Below, piece after piece: positions 1-7,700 of a stretch of DNA of 43,674 nucleotides; the stretch's first letter is position 1; each line of letters begins with the position of its first letter. Origin of the DNA: a virus. Its lineage: Duplodnaviria; Caudoviricetes. The notes below the pieces were generated by a model. It was not told the DNA's origin. It saw only the letters and a program-made list of their open reading frames with translations, and did no database searches. Location: IMG/VR virus record IMGVR_UViG_3300042535_000001, positions 1 to 43,674 of that record; one strand, given 5' to 3'. Both the position numbers and the translations under genes were made by a program.

Positions 1-127
1 AGCCATAGCCATCGCCATAGCCAGAGCCATAGCCAGAGCCATAGCCAGAGCCATAGCCATCGCCATAGCCAGAGCCATCGCCAGAGCCATCGCCAGAGCC
101 AGAGTTAACTTTTAAAAATTCGTCTAT
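1..127. repeat. Terminal direct repeat, identical to 43548-43674 (circular assembly overlap)
   Basis: 1-127 (agccatagcc...aaaaattcgtctat) equals the last 127 nt. 127 is a common assembler k-mer length, and a gene reads in frame across the join. Confidence 0.95.
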
Positions 128-136
128 CTTTTCCAT
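1..136 (-). CDS. 5' part of the Gly-repeat protein that spans the circular junction (continues into 43547->42970)
   Basis: ATG at 136 overlaps the end of the upstream gene and reads MEKIDEFLKVNSGSGDGSGDGSGYGDG... The joined length is 714 nt (237 aa), in frame. Confidence 0.85.
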   Translation of the reverse strand, partial: MEKIDEFLKVNSGSGDGSGDGSGYGDGYGSGYGSGYGSGYGDGYG

Positions 137-423
137 TCTTTCACCTTCTCAATACAATCAATTGATTTTTCTGTGCATGGAATGATTTGAATGTGTTGAG
201 TTAAAACAACTTTTTCAACTGATACCGTAAATTTGCAAGCATTAGGTTCGTTTGTACCATCAACCGCTAATTGTTCAATTGCTGCTGCGCCTGTCCAATA
301 AAAAATCTTTCTAGCGTTTTTCAACTCAATCATAGTTGAATCAAAATCAACAACTTCTCCAAAGAATACGCCCGCTCTGTCGCATCTTACGATACATTTT
401 TTACCTACGAATTTTTCTTTCAT
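124..423 (-). CDS. Conserved small phage protein (Sm/SH3-like, DUF6948-type)
   Basis: CIVRCDRAGVFFGEV...ARKIFYWTGAAAIEQLAVDG motif; AAGGAG RBS; sits directly upstream of the GSGYGDG-repeat gene. Confidence 0.7.
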   Translation of the reverse strand: MKEKFVGKKCIVRCDRAGVFFGEVVDFDSTMIELKNARKIFYWTGAAAIEQLAVDGTNEPNACKFTVSVEKVVLTQHIQIIPCTEKSIDCIEKVKEWKR

Positions 424-427
424 GTTT

Positions 428-607
428 TTACTCTCCTTTTGATTTTAGTTTTTCAATAATGAGTTGATTGTTGTCGTTGAGTTGTAAAATCAATTCGTCT
501 CCTTTTTGTATCTTCATTTTGCTTGCTATTTTAGATGGTATATTTAAAATAGCTTTGTTACTGCTTGTTCCTTGAACTGGAACTGTTGTGGCTTCTACAA
601 TTTTCAT
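428..607 (-). CDS. AbrB/MazE-type DNA-binding protein (59 aa, not in the ORF track)
   Basis: MKIVEATTVPVQGTSSNKAILNIPSKIASKMKIQKGDELILQLNDNNQLIIEKLKSKGE fits the AbrB pattern IP..I...i..GD.l; AGGGGG RBS. Confidence 0.75.
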   Translation of the reverse strand: MKIVEATTVPVQGTSSNKAILNIPSKIASKMKIQKGDELILQLNDNNQLIIEKLKSKGE

Positions 608-628
608 TTTGCACCCCCTATGTTCAAT

Positions 629-657
629 ATAATATCACTATTGAATCACTATTGCAA
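629..657 (-). promoter_or_regulatory. Sigma-A early promoter overlapped by two CAATAGTGAT direct repeats
   Basis: Minus strand TTGCAA-N17-TATTAT with a TG extension; repeats at 634-643 and 645-654. Confidence 0.7.
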
Positions 658-671
658 TACTTAATTTAAAA

Positions 672-702
672 ATAAAAAAAGAATGGGTTTCCCCATCCTC
701 TT
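672..702 (-). terminator. Intrinsic terminator ending the accessory operon
   Basis: AGGATGGG-GAAA-CCCATTCT followed by a T-run on the minus strand. Confidence 0.8.
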
Positions 703-876
703 TTATTCTCTGAACGCTTCAATTAATGCGTGATACCTTGCAATTTGCTCTGGTGTCATTCCAGTCCCATTACCTGTCGCCTGATATAACATTTTGTAAA
801 CTTCAAAGTCAGTTTGCATTTCTTCAATTGAAACTGTGTACCCTATTACTGGTGGTGGTCCATATGCTTTTTCCAT
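703..876 (-). CDS. Hypothetical protein, 57 aa (not in the ORF track)
   Basis: MEKAYGPPPVIGYTVSIEEMQTDFEVYKMLYQATGNGTGMTPEQIARYHALIEAFRE; AAGGGGGA RBS; fills the gap before the terminator. Confidence 0.75.
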   Translation of the reverse strand: MEKAYGPPPVIGYTVSIEEMQTDFEVYKMLYQATGNGTGMTPEQIARYHALIEAFRE

Positions 877-885
877 AGTTCCCCC

Positions 886-1422
886 TTAATATTTGTATGA
901 CTTGTCTGATTTGTAGCCGAAATTTTTTTTCTCAAGACATTTATACTTCTTATGAAGCTCATGAGATAAATAATTTAGATCAGCATTTTCTCTCTTAGCT
1001 TCTGTCCAAAGTCTGAAATAATCGTCAAGTTCCTTTGACTGGTCCGCTATCATCATATCAAGGTAGCCACCAAGCAAAGGTTCTTTTTCGTCATAAGCCA
1101 TTCTTGCGACCGTTTTAAGGCTTTCAATGTGACTTGCAGATCTATCGTGCATTGATTTAATGCAGTCAATAAACGACATGCTTTCAGATGGTGTCTGATA
1201 AGAAACAATAACCATTGGTTCAACGTGAAAATTTTCAACCAAGAAACACTGTAGTTTTAAAGAGTGACGTCCACGGTCCATTGCTCTGTATCTATGAAAT
1301 CGCTTATAACCTTGAAGTCCAATTAAATGAGCTTTATTCATTTCATGTTCTTCTGAAAGTCTCATGTGTTCCTCAGTGGCTATGATTCCATTTACAAGGC
1401 TCAACATCTGAGGGCTAATCAT
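886..1422 (-). CDS. Ferritin-like four-helix-bundle protein
   Basis: All-helical pattern with a GLQGYKRFHRY...H..KL motif resembling the ferritin B helix, and a YLDMMIADQSKE D-helix-like segment. Confidence 0.6.
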   Translation of the reverse strand: MISPQMLSLVNGIIATEEHMRLSEEHEMNKAHLIGLQGYKRFHRYRAMDRGRHSLKLQCFLVENFHVEPMVIVSYQTPSESMSFIDCIKSMHDRSASHIESLKTVARMAYDEKEPLLGGYLDMMIADQSKELDDYFRLWTEAKRENADLNYLSHELHKKYKCLEKKNFGYKSDKSYKY

Positions 1423-1721
1423 AACTTCACCTTGACGATTTCAGAGACCCCAACCGCAGCAGTTGATTTTGAAGTCACACCAACAAAAGCGGCCACTGTA
1501 TCTAAAATCTCAATTCTTTCTCCATCGTTACCCTCTCCAACTGATCCATGAAGAATAAAGTCATAATTTGTAGGAGACGGCACATTTACTGGACCTGTAA
1601 GAAGTTGCTTTTTAACATAAACATCTTCTTTTGAGTTGTTTTGAAAAATGACGTTTGCTCGTTTTAAATTAACGCCAATTAATGCCACTGGCGATGTTGT
1701 TACCGTTACTGGTGATGACAT
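1419..1721 (-). CDS. Small beta-sandwich protein
   Basis: VTVTTSPVAL...NLKRANVIFQNNSKEDVYV beta-strand pattern; AAGGGGG RBS; stop overlaps the next start. Confidence 0.65.
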   Translation of the reverse strand: MSSPVTVTTSPVALIGVNLKRANVIFQNNSKEDVYVKKQLLTGPVNVPSPTNYDFILHGSVGEGNDGERIEILDTVAAFVGVTSKSTAAVGVSEIVKVKL

Positions 1722-1741
1722 AAAAATCCCCCTTCATGCAA

Positions 1742-1766
1742 AATAGGAGCGGAAAACCGCCCCTAT
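1742..1766 (-). terminator. Stem-loop or partial terminator after the CCC-protein gene
   Basis: ATAGGGGCGG-TTTT-CCGCTCCTAT then TTT on the minus strand. Confidence 0.7.
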
Positions 1767-1779
1767 CCGCTTGGATTGA

Positions 1780-2490
1780 CTAAACTGTGACCACTGGTCT
1801 GAGTGAATTGATAATCGCATTTGTGTTAACTTGCGATTTCAAGTCAGCGATTTGAGTGTTGAGGTTTTGAGTGTTGAGAGAGTTGATTAATGCTCTTGTT
1901 TCATTGCCATCATGTGCAATGGCAGATTTGAGTTCACAACAACATGCAGCGTTTTGAGCCGCAATTGCATTCAGAGACATTTGAACTTGGTTAAACGCGT
2001 TTGCACTATCTCTACTAATTTCATTGAAGCCTTGAAGTGTTGTTGTAGTTAAGTTGTTGAAGCTGTTAAGTTGCTGTAAAGCACCTTGGTTCTGAGCTGC
2101 CGTCACGTCTCTACCAAGCCCATTGATTGAGCTAAGAGTTGTGAAGTTGTTAGCTGCTTGAGCCGCCAAGACTTGAGCGTTGCCACCTTGATAAAGCAGA
2201 GCATTGTTGCTGATGCCTTGAAGGTTTGCAATGTTCATAGCGTTCAAATCGCTTTGAAGCTGATTGATTTCGTTGTTTGTAGTTGCAGAAGTCATTTGGC
2301 TTTGCATACCGTTGAGTTGGTTTTGAATGCCTGCTGTAGCAGCCAAATCAGCACCCGCAACACCGCGACCACCGAAACCGCCAAGTCCACCGCCGAACAA
2401 TAATGCGCCAATCAACAAAGAACCAATACCACCGTCACCGCCCATTCCGCTTGATACAATTGGTGTTCCACCTTCCATAGCATAACCCAT
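1780..2490 (-). CDS. Gly-rich hydrophobic N-terminus, Q/N-rich coiled coil, CCC-motif protein (about 236 aa)
   Basis: GSLLIGALLFGGGLGGFGGRG, then long heptad-like Q/N-rich helices and ACCCELKSAI...ETRALI. Likely start is ATG 2490 after an AAAGGCGG RBS. Confidence 0.85.
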   Translation of the reverse strand: MGYAMEGGTPIVSSGMGGDGGIGSLLIGALLFGGGLGGFGGRGVAGADLAATAGIQNQLNGMQSQMTSATTNNEINQLQSDLNAMNIANLQGISNNALLYQGGNAQVLAAQAANNFTTLSSINGLGRDVTAAQNQGALQQLNSFNNLTTTTLQGFNEISRDSANAFNQVQMSLNAIAAQNAACCCELKSAIAHDGNETRALINSLNTQNLNTQIADLKSQVNTNAIINSLRPVVTV

Positions 2491-2508
2491 AGAAATACCG
2501 CCTTTCAT

Positions 2509-2895
2509 TTAATCTTTATGTAGATCGCCGTCATTGGCGTTGCTACCAAACATGGATTTAAGATTGCTTAATACTCCCGAGTTTCCAGATACACCGCCGA
2601 GAAATTTATTGATTTTATCAACGGCACCGTCATAGTAAGAGTCAAGCTGTTGTTGACTAAGTCCTGTTTCTCTCATGGCCCTTTCAAGTGGATATTGAAG
2701 TCCATCACGAATAAACGTGATTGCAATCTCTTGGTCATTAAGTCCAATTGACTTTAGTTTGTCTTCCATCAGTTTCTCTGCAAGTTTTGGGTCTCTATTA
2801 GAAATAAGAGTTTTAATCATATTTTCATCAGATGCTTGAACTCTGAGCAAAGGGTTTGTTTGCATTGCTTGAGCATAATTAATGTTGTTGGTCAT
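2509..2895 (-). CDS. Hypothetical helical protein
   Basis: 128-aa ORF with an AAGGAG RBS, in the operon. Confidence 0.8.
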   Translation of the reverse strand: MTNNINYAQAMQTNPLLRVQASDENMIKTLISNRDPKLAEKLMEDKLKSIGLNDQEIAITFIRDGLQYPLERAMRETGLSQQQLDSYYDGAVDKINKFLGGVSGNSGVLSNLKSMFGSNANDGDLHKD

Positions 2896-3046
2896 CGGCT
2901 TGAATCTCCTTTAAATAGTCAATGAGTTCTGTTTCCAGTTGAGCTGCTCCGTCAATTTCATTTGCTTCATTTATGATTTGAACTGCTCTCATATCGCAAC
3001 ATCTATAAATTTCTTTTACCAGGCACCGCATGACATATCCGTCCAT
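2879..3046 (-). CDS. Hypothetical protein, 55 aa, first gene of the accessory operon (not in the ORF track)
   Basis: MDGYVMRCLVKEIYRCCDMRAVQIINEANEIDGAAQLETELIDYLKEIQADDQQH; GAGGTG RBS. Confidence 0.7.
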   Translation of the reverse strand: MDGYVMRCLVKEIYRCCDMRAVQIINEANEIDGAAQLETELIDYLKEIQADDQQH

Positions 3047-3065
3047 TGAATCACCTCTTTGACTT

Positions 3066-3132
3066 TGATTTTATAAATAAAATCAGTTTACGTTGGGTAT
3101 GTTTTGGGTGATATAAGGGCAAATTTTGGGCA
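3066..3132 (-). promoter_or_regulatory. Putative activator-dependent promoter with four YRCCC repeats at exact 11-bp spacing
   Basis: GGG on the plus strand at 3095, 3106, 3117 and 3128 (minus: TGCCCAAAATT TGCCCTTATAT CACCCAAAACA TACCCAA). A -10-like TAAAAT at 3068-3073 lies inside the inverted repeat TGATTTTA-TAAA-TAAAATCA. Confidence 0.7.
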
Positions 3133-3133
3133 T

Positions 3134-3171
3134 AAAAAAATCCCCATGAGTCATAAAACTCTGAGGATTTT
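3134..3171 (-). terminator. Terminator overlapping the HTH gene stop codon
   Basis: ATCCTCA-GAGT-tttatg-ACTC-a-TGGGGAT plus a T-run on the minus strand. Confidence 0.6.
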
Positions 3172-3345
3172 TTTCTTAATAGATTTTATTCTGCTTTTAA
3201 TAGTTCGTTCGCAATAGTTTAGCTCGTCAGCAATTTCAAGATGTGTTTTACCTCTGCGCTTGAGTTCAAAGACTTTTAATTCTTCGTCAGTAAACCCGCA
3301 ATTTTCAATGAAGAAGTCAAATTCTGCTTTAATAAAATCAAACAA
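3151..3345 (-). CDS. Stand-alone LuxR/GerE-type (sigma region 4-like) HTH regulator
   Basis: FTDEELKVFELKRRGKTHLEIADELNYCERTIKSRIKSIKKKI matches the LuxR C-terminal HTH pattern. Confidence 0.85.
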   Translation of the reverse strand: MFDFIKAEFDFFIENCGFTDEELKVFELKRRGKTHLEIADELNYCERTIKSRIKSIKKKILRVL

Positions 3346-3359
3346 GGTGATCCACTTCC

Positions 3360-3440
3360 CTACTTGCGCTTTTTAGTCGCTTTGCCTTTGCTATTTCCCT
3401 TCGGAGTTGCTGTTTTTACCTTCACTTGGACTGTTGACAT
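3360..3440 (-). CDS. Possible 26-aa Lys-rich micropeptide
   Basis: MSTVQVKVKTATPKGNSKGKATKKRK; overlaps the end of 3391-3705; G-rich RBS at a long spacing. Confidence 0.35.
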   Translation of the reverse strand: MSTVQVKVKTATPKGNSKGKATKKRK

Positions 3441-3705
3441 TTATATCATTATCCCCCTCGTTTGTATTTTGATAAATAGCAGGTCCTGTATTTGATTCAA
3501 CTTTTACTTCTGTGCTTTCAAATTCGTAACCATTAATAAAATCAATTGCTTTCCAGGCAACAATTGCACTAAAAGCATTTGAAATAAGCAACGATACTAC
3601 AAGAACTATAATAAGAAATCTTACGATGCTTTTTTTGTCTTTTCTTTCCTCTGAAATTATCAGAGAAGCAAGACCTAGGGTTTCTTTTTCAACTTCACAT
3701 TTCAT
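3391..3705 (-). CDS. Single-pass membrane protein
   Basis: Hydrophobic FLIIVLVVSLLISNAFSAIVAW segment after a basic patch, then a polar N/G-rich tail; AGGTG RBS before ATG 3705. Confidence 0.8.
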   Translation of the reverse strand: MKCEVEKETLGLASLIISEERKDKKSIVRFLIIVLVVSLLISNAFSAIVAWKAIDFINGYEFESTEVKVESNTGPAIYQNTNEGDNDINVNSPSEGKNSNSEGK

Positions 3706-3715
3706 TTTAATCACC

Positions 3716-3910
3716 TTACTTAAACATCATAGGAATAACCACTCCTGCTAAAGCTATTGCCACAATTCCAATGCCTGCTATTAAAGCGTTGAGTTTTGTA
3801 TTTATCACTGCAAAATGAGTGCTACCCTTATGGAGTAATTTTTCATGTTCTGAAACCAATTCTTTAAGCTCCCTTACTGCTTCGCATGGACATTTTTCAC
3901 TTTCCGTCAT
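3716..3910 (-). CDS. Holin-like (XhlA/BhlA-type) protein
   Basis: N-terminal coiled coil plus one C-terminal TM helix, in the lysis cassette. Confidence 0.6.
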   Translation of the reverse strand: MTESEKCPCEAVRELKELVSEHEKLLHKGSTHFAVINTKLNALIAGIGIVAIALAGVVIPMMFK

Positions 3911-3921
3911 TCTGTCACCAC

Positions 3922-4125
3922 CTATGGATTATTTTGTTTTGTGTCAACTTGAGTGATGCCCCACAGATAACCAGTGACTCCACTCAATAATGATGTAATT
4001 GCCAACAGTGCCATCTGAGCCGAGTCGGTCAATTCTGTGTTAAAGAATAGGACTCCTGCTAAGATAGCTAAAATCAAAACGATTAAAACATATTCAAATT
4101 TGATGTTTACTTTGTACTGTTTCAT
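3922..4125 (-). CDS. Putative holin (2 TM)
   Basis: Two hydrophobic segments; directly follows the endolysin. Confidence 0.65.
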   Translation of the reverse strand: MKQYKVNIKFEYVLIVLILAILAGVLFFNTELTDSAQMALLAITSLLSGVTGYLWGITQVDTKQNNP

Positions 4126-4673
4126 TACTTCACCACCTTAAAATAGGCTTTTAAGCCGTTGTAGATGGCCTGTGCTTCAATTTTCTGTTCCTCGTGGGTA
4201 TCAATCTCTTTAATCTCTGAATCCATGAAGCAGAACTCAGTAAGGACACAAACACAGTTTTTGATATTTAACATTGCAAGGCCGTTTTTAGTGGCATCTT
4301 TTGTAGACACCCTAGTTTTAACACCCCTTGACTCGTTAATTTTTGAAAACTCTGCCATGATACAATCCGCAAGTTTTTTAGACTTTGAATCGTTAATCTC
4401 GCAGAACACTTCTGAACCTTTACCGCCGCCCGCATTGTGGTGTATGCTTATTGAAATTTCAGCACTGAACATCTGAGCCATTTTAACACGGTCATTAAGT
4501 TCAAATTTCTTGCCTTTGACTTCGCCAAGTAAAACGTCATGGCCGTCTTTAACCAGCATATCCCTCAGAAATTCAGCCGTGTTCTGATTAGTTTTAGCTT
4601 CTGTCTGACCAGTTTTGGAGACTGCGCCAGGATCAAAGCCAACCGTATGTCCTTTGTCTATGAAAATTCTCAT
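4125..4673 (-). CDS. Endolysin, N-acetylmuramoyl-L-alanine amidase (Amidase_3), catalytic domain only
   Basis: IFIDKGH...DPGAV...E...ISIHHNA...VLTEFCFMD zinc-amidase motifs; start ATG 4673 after AAAGGAG. Confidence 0.92.
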   Translation of the reverse strand: MRIFIDKGHTVGFDPGAVSKTGQTEAKTNQNTAEFLRDMLVKDGHDVLLGEVKGKKFELNDRVKMAQMFSAEISISIHHNAGGGKGSEVFCEINDSKSKKLADCIMAEFSKINESRGVKTRVSTKDATKNGLAMLNIKNCVCVLTEFCFMDSEIKEIDTHEEQKIEAQAIYNGLKAYFKVVK

Positions 4674-4710
4674 GTTTATCACTCCTTTCATTAGTTTTAT
4701 TTACAATAAT

Positions 4711-4742
4711 AGTATACTACTATATCTAGTGCCTTTTTACAC
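4711..4742 (-). promoter_or_regulatory. Late-promoter motif copy (lysis cassette)
   Basis: GTGTAAAAAG-N16-TATACT. Confidence 0.7.
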
Positions 4743-4767
4743 AAGAAAAGCCCCATAAGGGGCTATT
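4743..4767 (-). terminator. Terminator after the giant protein gene
   Basis: AGCCCC-TTAT-GGGGCT-TTTCTT. Confidence 0.8.
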
Positions 4768-4768
4768 T

Positions 4769-7700
4769 CTATTTTTTAATACCTTCGGTTGTATAATACT
4801 TGTCGTAAAGCGTGTTGACTCTTTGAGTGATTTCAATGATTTTCAAGTTCGCCTTTTTAACCGTTTCTTTGATCTGCTCTTTGGTTAAATTTTCATAACC
4901 TTCGACCTTATCACCTCTTTCGATTGCTCGCTTGAAGTCGTTTAAATCATCCAAGTCTTTGTATGCCGAACTAAACTCGTCTTTTAAAGCGTCAGTTTCG
5001 GGAGTGAGCTTCTTACCACCCTTCTTTAGACTCCTGTATAACTTATCAATATTTGACTTGTTATTGTAGAATCTTTCAACTGATTCTGGACTCTTCAAAG
5101 CATTAACCGTCATGCTCTGATTAAAGCCAAGTCCAGTTTGAACGCCTTTTGCAACATCGCCCTCTAAAGCTAAGTCGATGCCCTGCAAGACGTTTCTTGC
5201 TACAGTTGTACCGTAACCTTCAATAAGATGTTGAACCTGTTTAGGTGACTTCAACGACCGTGGCACTGGTAAGTCTTTAACCGCTTTAGAAATTCCTTTT
5301 GCTACCTCAGAGGTAAACTCATTGTATTGTTCTTCTGGGAACAAACCTTCGTCACTCTTAGATAGAATCGGTCTGCCTAAGAAATTCTTATTGACTTGAA
5401 GCTCATACATTGGAGTCAAAGCAGACGGCATGAACTCTGGCAATATAGTTTTAGCAATTGTGTCCATAATTCCATCCCATGCGTGTTTGTCTTCATAGTA
5501 TAAGTCATTAATAAGTCTTTCTGGAAGTGCGCCAAACAATATTCCAAATTCAAAATCTTTTGGTATTGGCAAGAAAACTTCTGTTGTAGACGGATCACCT
5601 AAAGGTACATTCCAGAAGAAATCCCTTCTCCATTGTGGCAATTCCTTATAATATTCATTGTCTCTGTTCAGATACATTAATAACAGTGTTGGAATTGTTG
5701 TATAAATAATTCCTTTTACTGTTGTTCTAAAAGCTAATTTTGGAGTTCTAAATAATAAAATTGTGTTTTTTACACCCTGTAACTGAGGATTGAAAAAGTT
5801 TGCAACTCTGTTCCACTGAGTCTTTTTAACCCAACGTCCCATCATTTTATAGTCATATGACAAATTTCTTGTACTAACGACTGCAGCATCAATCTGCTCT
5901 TGAGTATAACCAAACTTTTTAAGATAAGCATTGAACTCTGCCACCTTAGGTCCAAACTCCACGGCATCAGAAACAAATCTAAAAATTTCAGTTGGATGTT
6001 TGATAAACTTCATAGCTTGCTTTGCGGGGTTTGAGCCTGCGTTAATATCGTCAATTGTTCTTGCTATGTTGTTTCTGTCATTTACAAAGAACCCAGACAA
6101 AGCCCCTGCCGCTAATGCACGTTTGTAGTTTTCTCCTTTTACAAGAGAAGAACCAACGCCAACCATTATTGAAAACGGATTAATTCCTGCGTTTGTGGAA
6201 ATAGAGGACCTATTTGTATCACGACCAAAGTTATAGGTTATAAATTTTTGAGACAAAACAATACCTGCTTTTTGAACCGTTGATATGGCTGCCATGACTT
6301 GAATGACCATACCGCCCAATTCGGGAGACATACCGCTAAGTGAAGCATATAAGTCGGGATGAACGTCATATACTTCTGGCTTTCCGTCTCTGTAAACAAC
6401 AATTTGATTTTCACCTGCCAAATAATTAGGCTTGATGATTCTCATAGCTGTTTCGGGATCCACTCCATCAACATCAATGTCGAGCTTATTCAATTGGCCT
6501 TTGAGCTGTTCAAGTGTGAACTCAGCCACTTTGAATTTAGGGTCTGCTCTTTGAATAACGTTTCCAAACCCTTCAACACTATTACCAACGTCCACTAGCT
6601 CAAGTAGTATTTTGTTTCTCATGGCCGCCGAACGATACATGAATGTATTGGCAATGTCAGACTGTTCAACGTCAGAAATATCCTGTCCACCACCTCTGAG
6701 TCCTTTAACCAATTTCTTTGAACCAGCAAGACGTTTTCCAACGCCAACAGCAGTTTTAGAATCTTGACCAAAATCGCGTTTTAAAGGAGCATAGTTTGGA
6801 TTTTCTTCAATCATTTTGTCAATGTTCTCAACGCCGTAGATGTCGCCCAACAAATGAAGGTTATTTGCTCTGTACTCAATCAGATCACTGAATACCTTTT
6901 TGAACTCTGGATATTTTGCTTCGAGCTCAATGACTGCAGCTTTATAAGTCTCGTAAGAGTCTGGGAGCTCAAGGCCTTTTGCTTCATAATCCTCGGCGCG
7001 TCTTGCGACTTGATACTTTATGAAGTCCTGTCGCTTGGCTTCGCTTGTGTGAACTTCCTTTGTGATGTCTCTGTAAGAGTCGCCAACCTCACGACCATTC
7101 AAATCATTCTGAGAATAGTAAATGTCGTTAGTTGATACAGCTTCATACCCTCTAAACTTAGCCAACTGCTGTTTCATGAACTCTTGAGCCTTTTGACCGC
7201 CCATCTTACCTACAAAGTATTCAAGCATATGTGTTTGGTCAAATATACCTTCATAAGCAATGTGAGCCAAATACCCGATGTTTTCGGGATCAAAAACTTT
7301 TGCTTTATTGAACAACACGTCTTGAATACCTGGCTTTTCAGTAGCAAAGACAATTGATTTGCTGATTCTGTCTACTGGTGCCAAATTGTAAAGTTTCCAT
7401 GATTCATCAGCCCATTTGTTGACTAGCTTCATCATATCTTTATCAACTTTGTACTCAAAATGATTTAAAGCATTAGGGACACGCTTCATTGCAGTTTGCT
7501 TGTCAAACATATAGAGTCTGAGGAACTCTGCAACGCCCTCTTTGAGTTTTTTACTTTTAGGCCAGTTCTTATTAGAGGTTTGCTCTCCAAGTGCAAGAAG
7601 CTCTGCTTCTGCCTGTCCATTAGCCGTTGAACTAATTTTGTAAAGGTTATCAAGGTGATGGCCTGCTTCATGCGTAAAGACTTGCATATCGTTTGCTTTT

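Noticed and set aside
428-876. MazE/MazF-like toxin-antitoxin pair
   Set aside because: No toxin-like ORF (PemK, PIN or Doc motifs) lies next to the AbrB-like gene.
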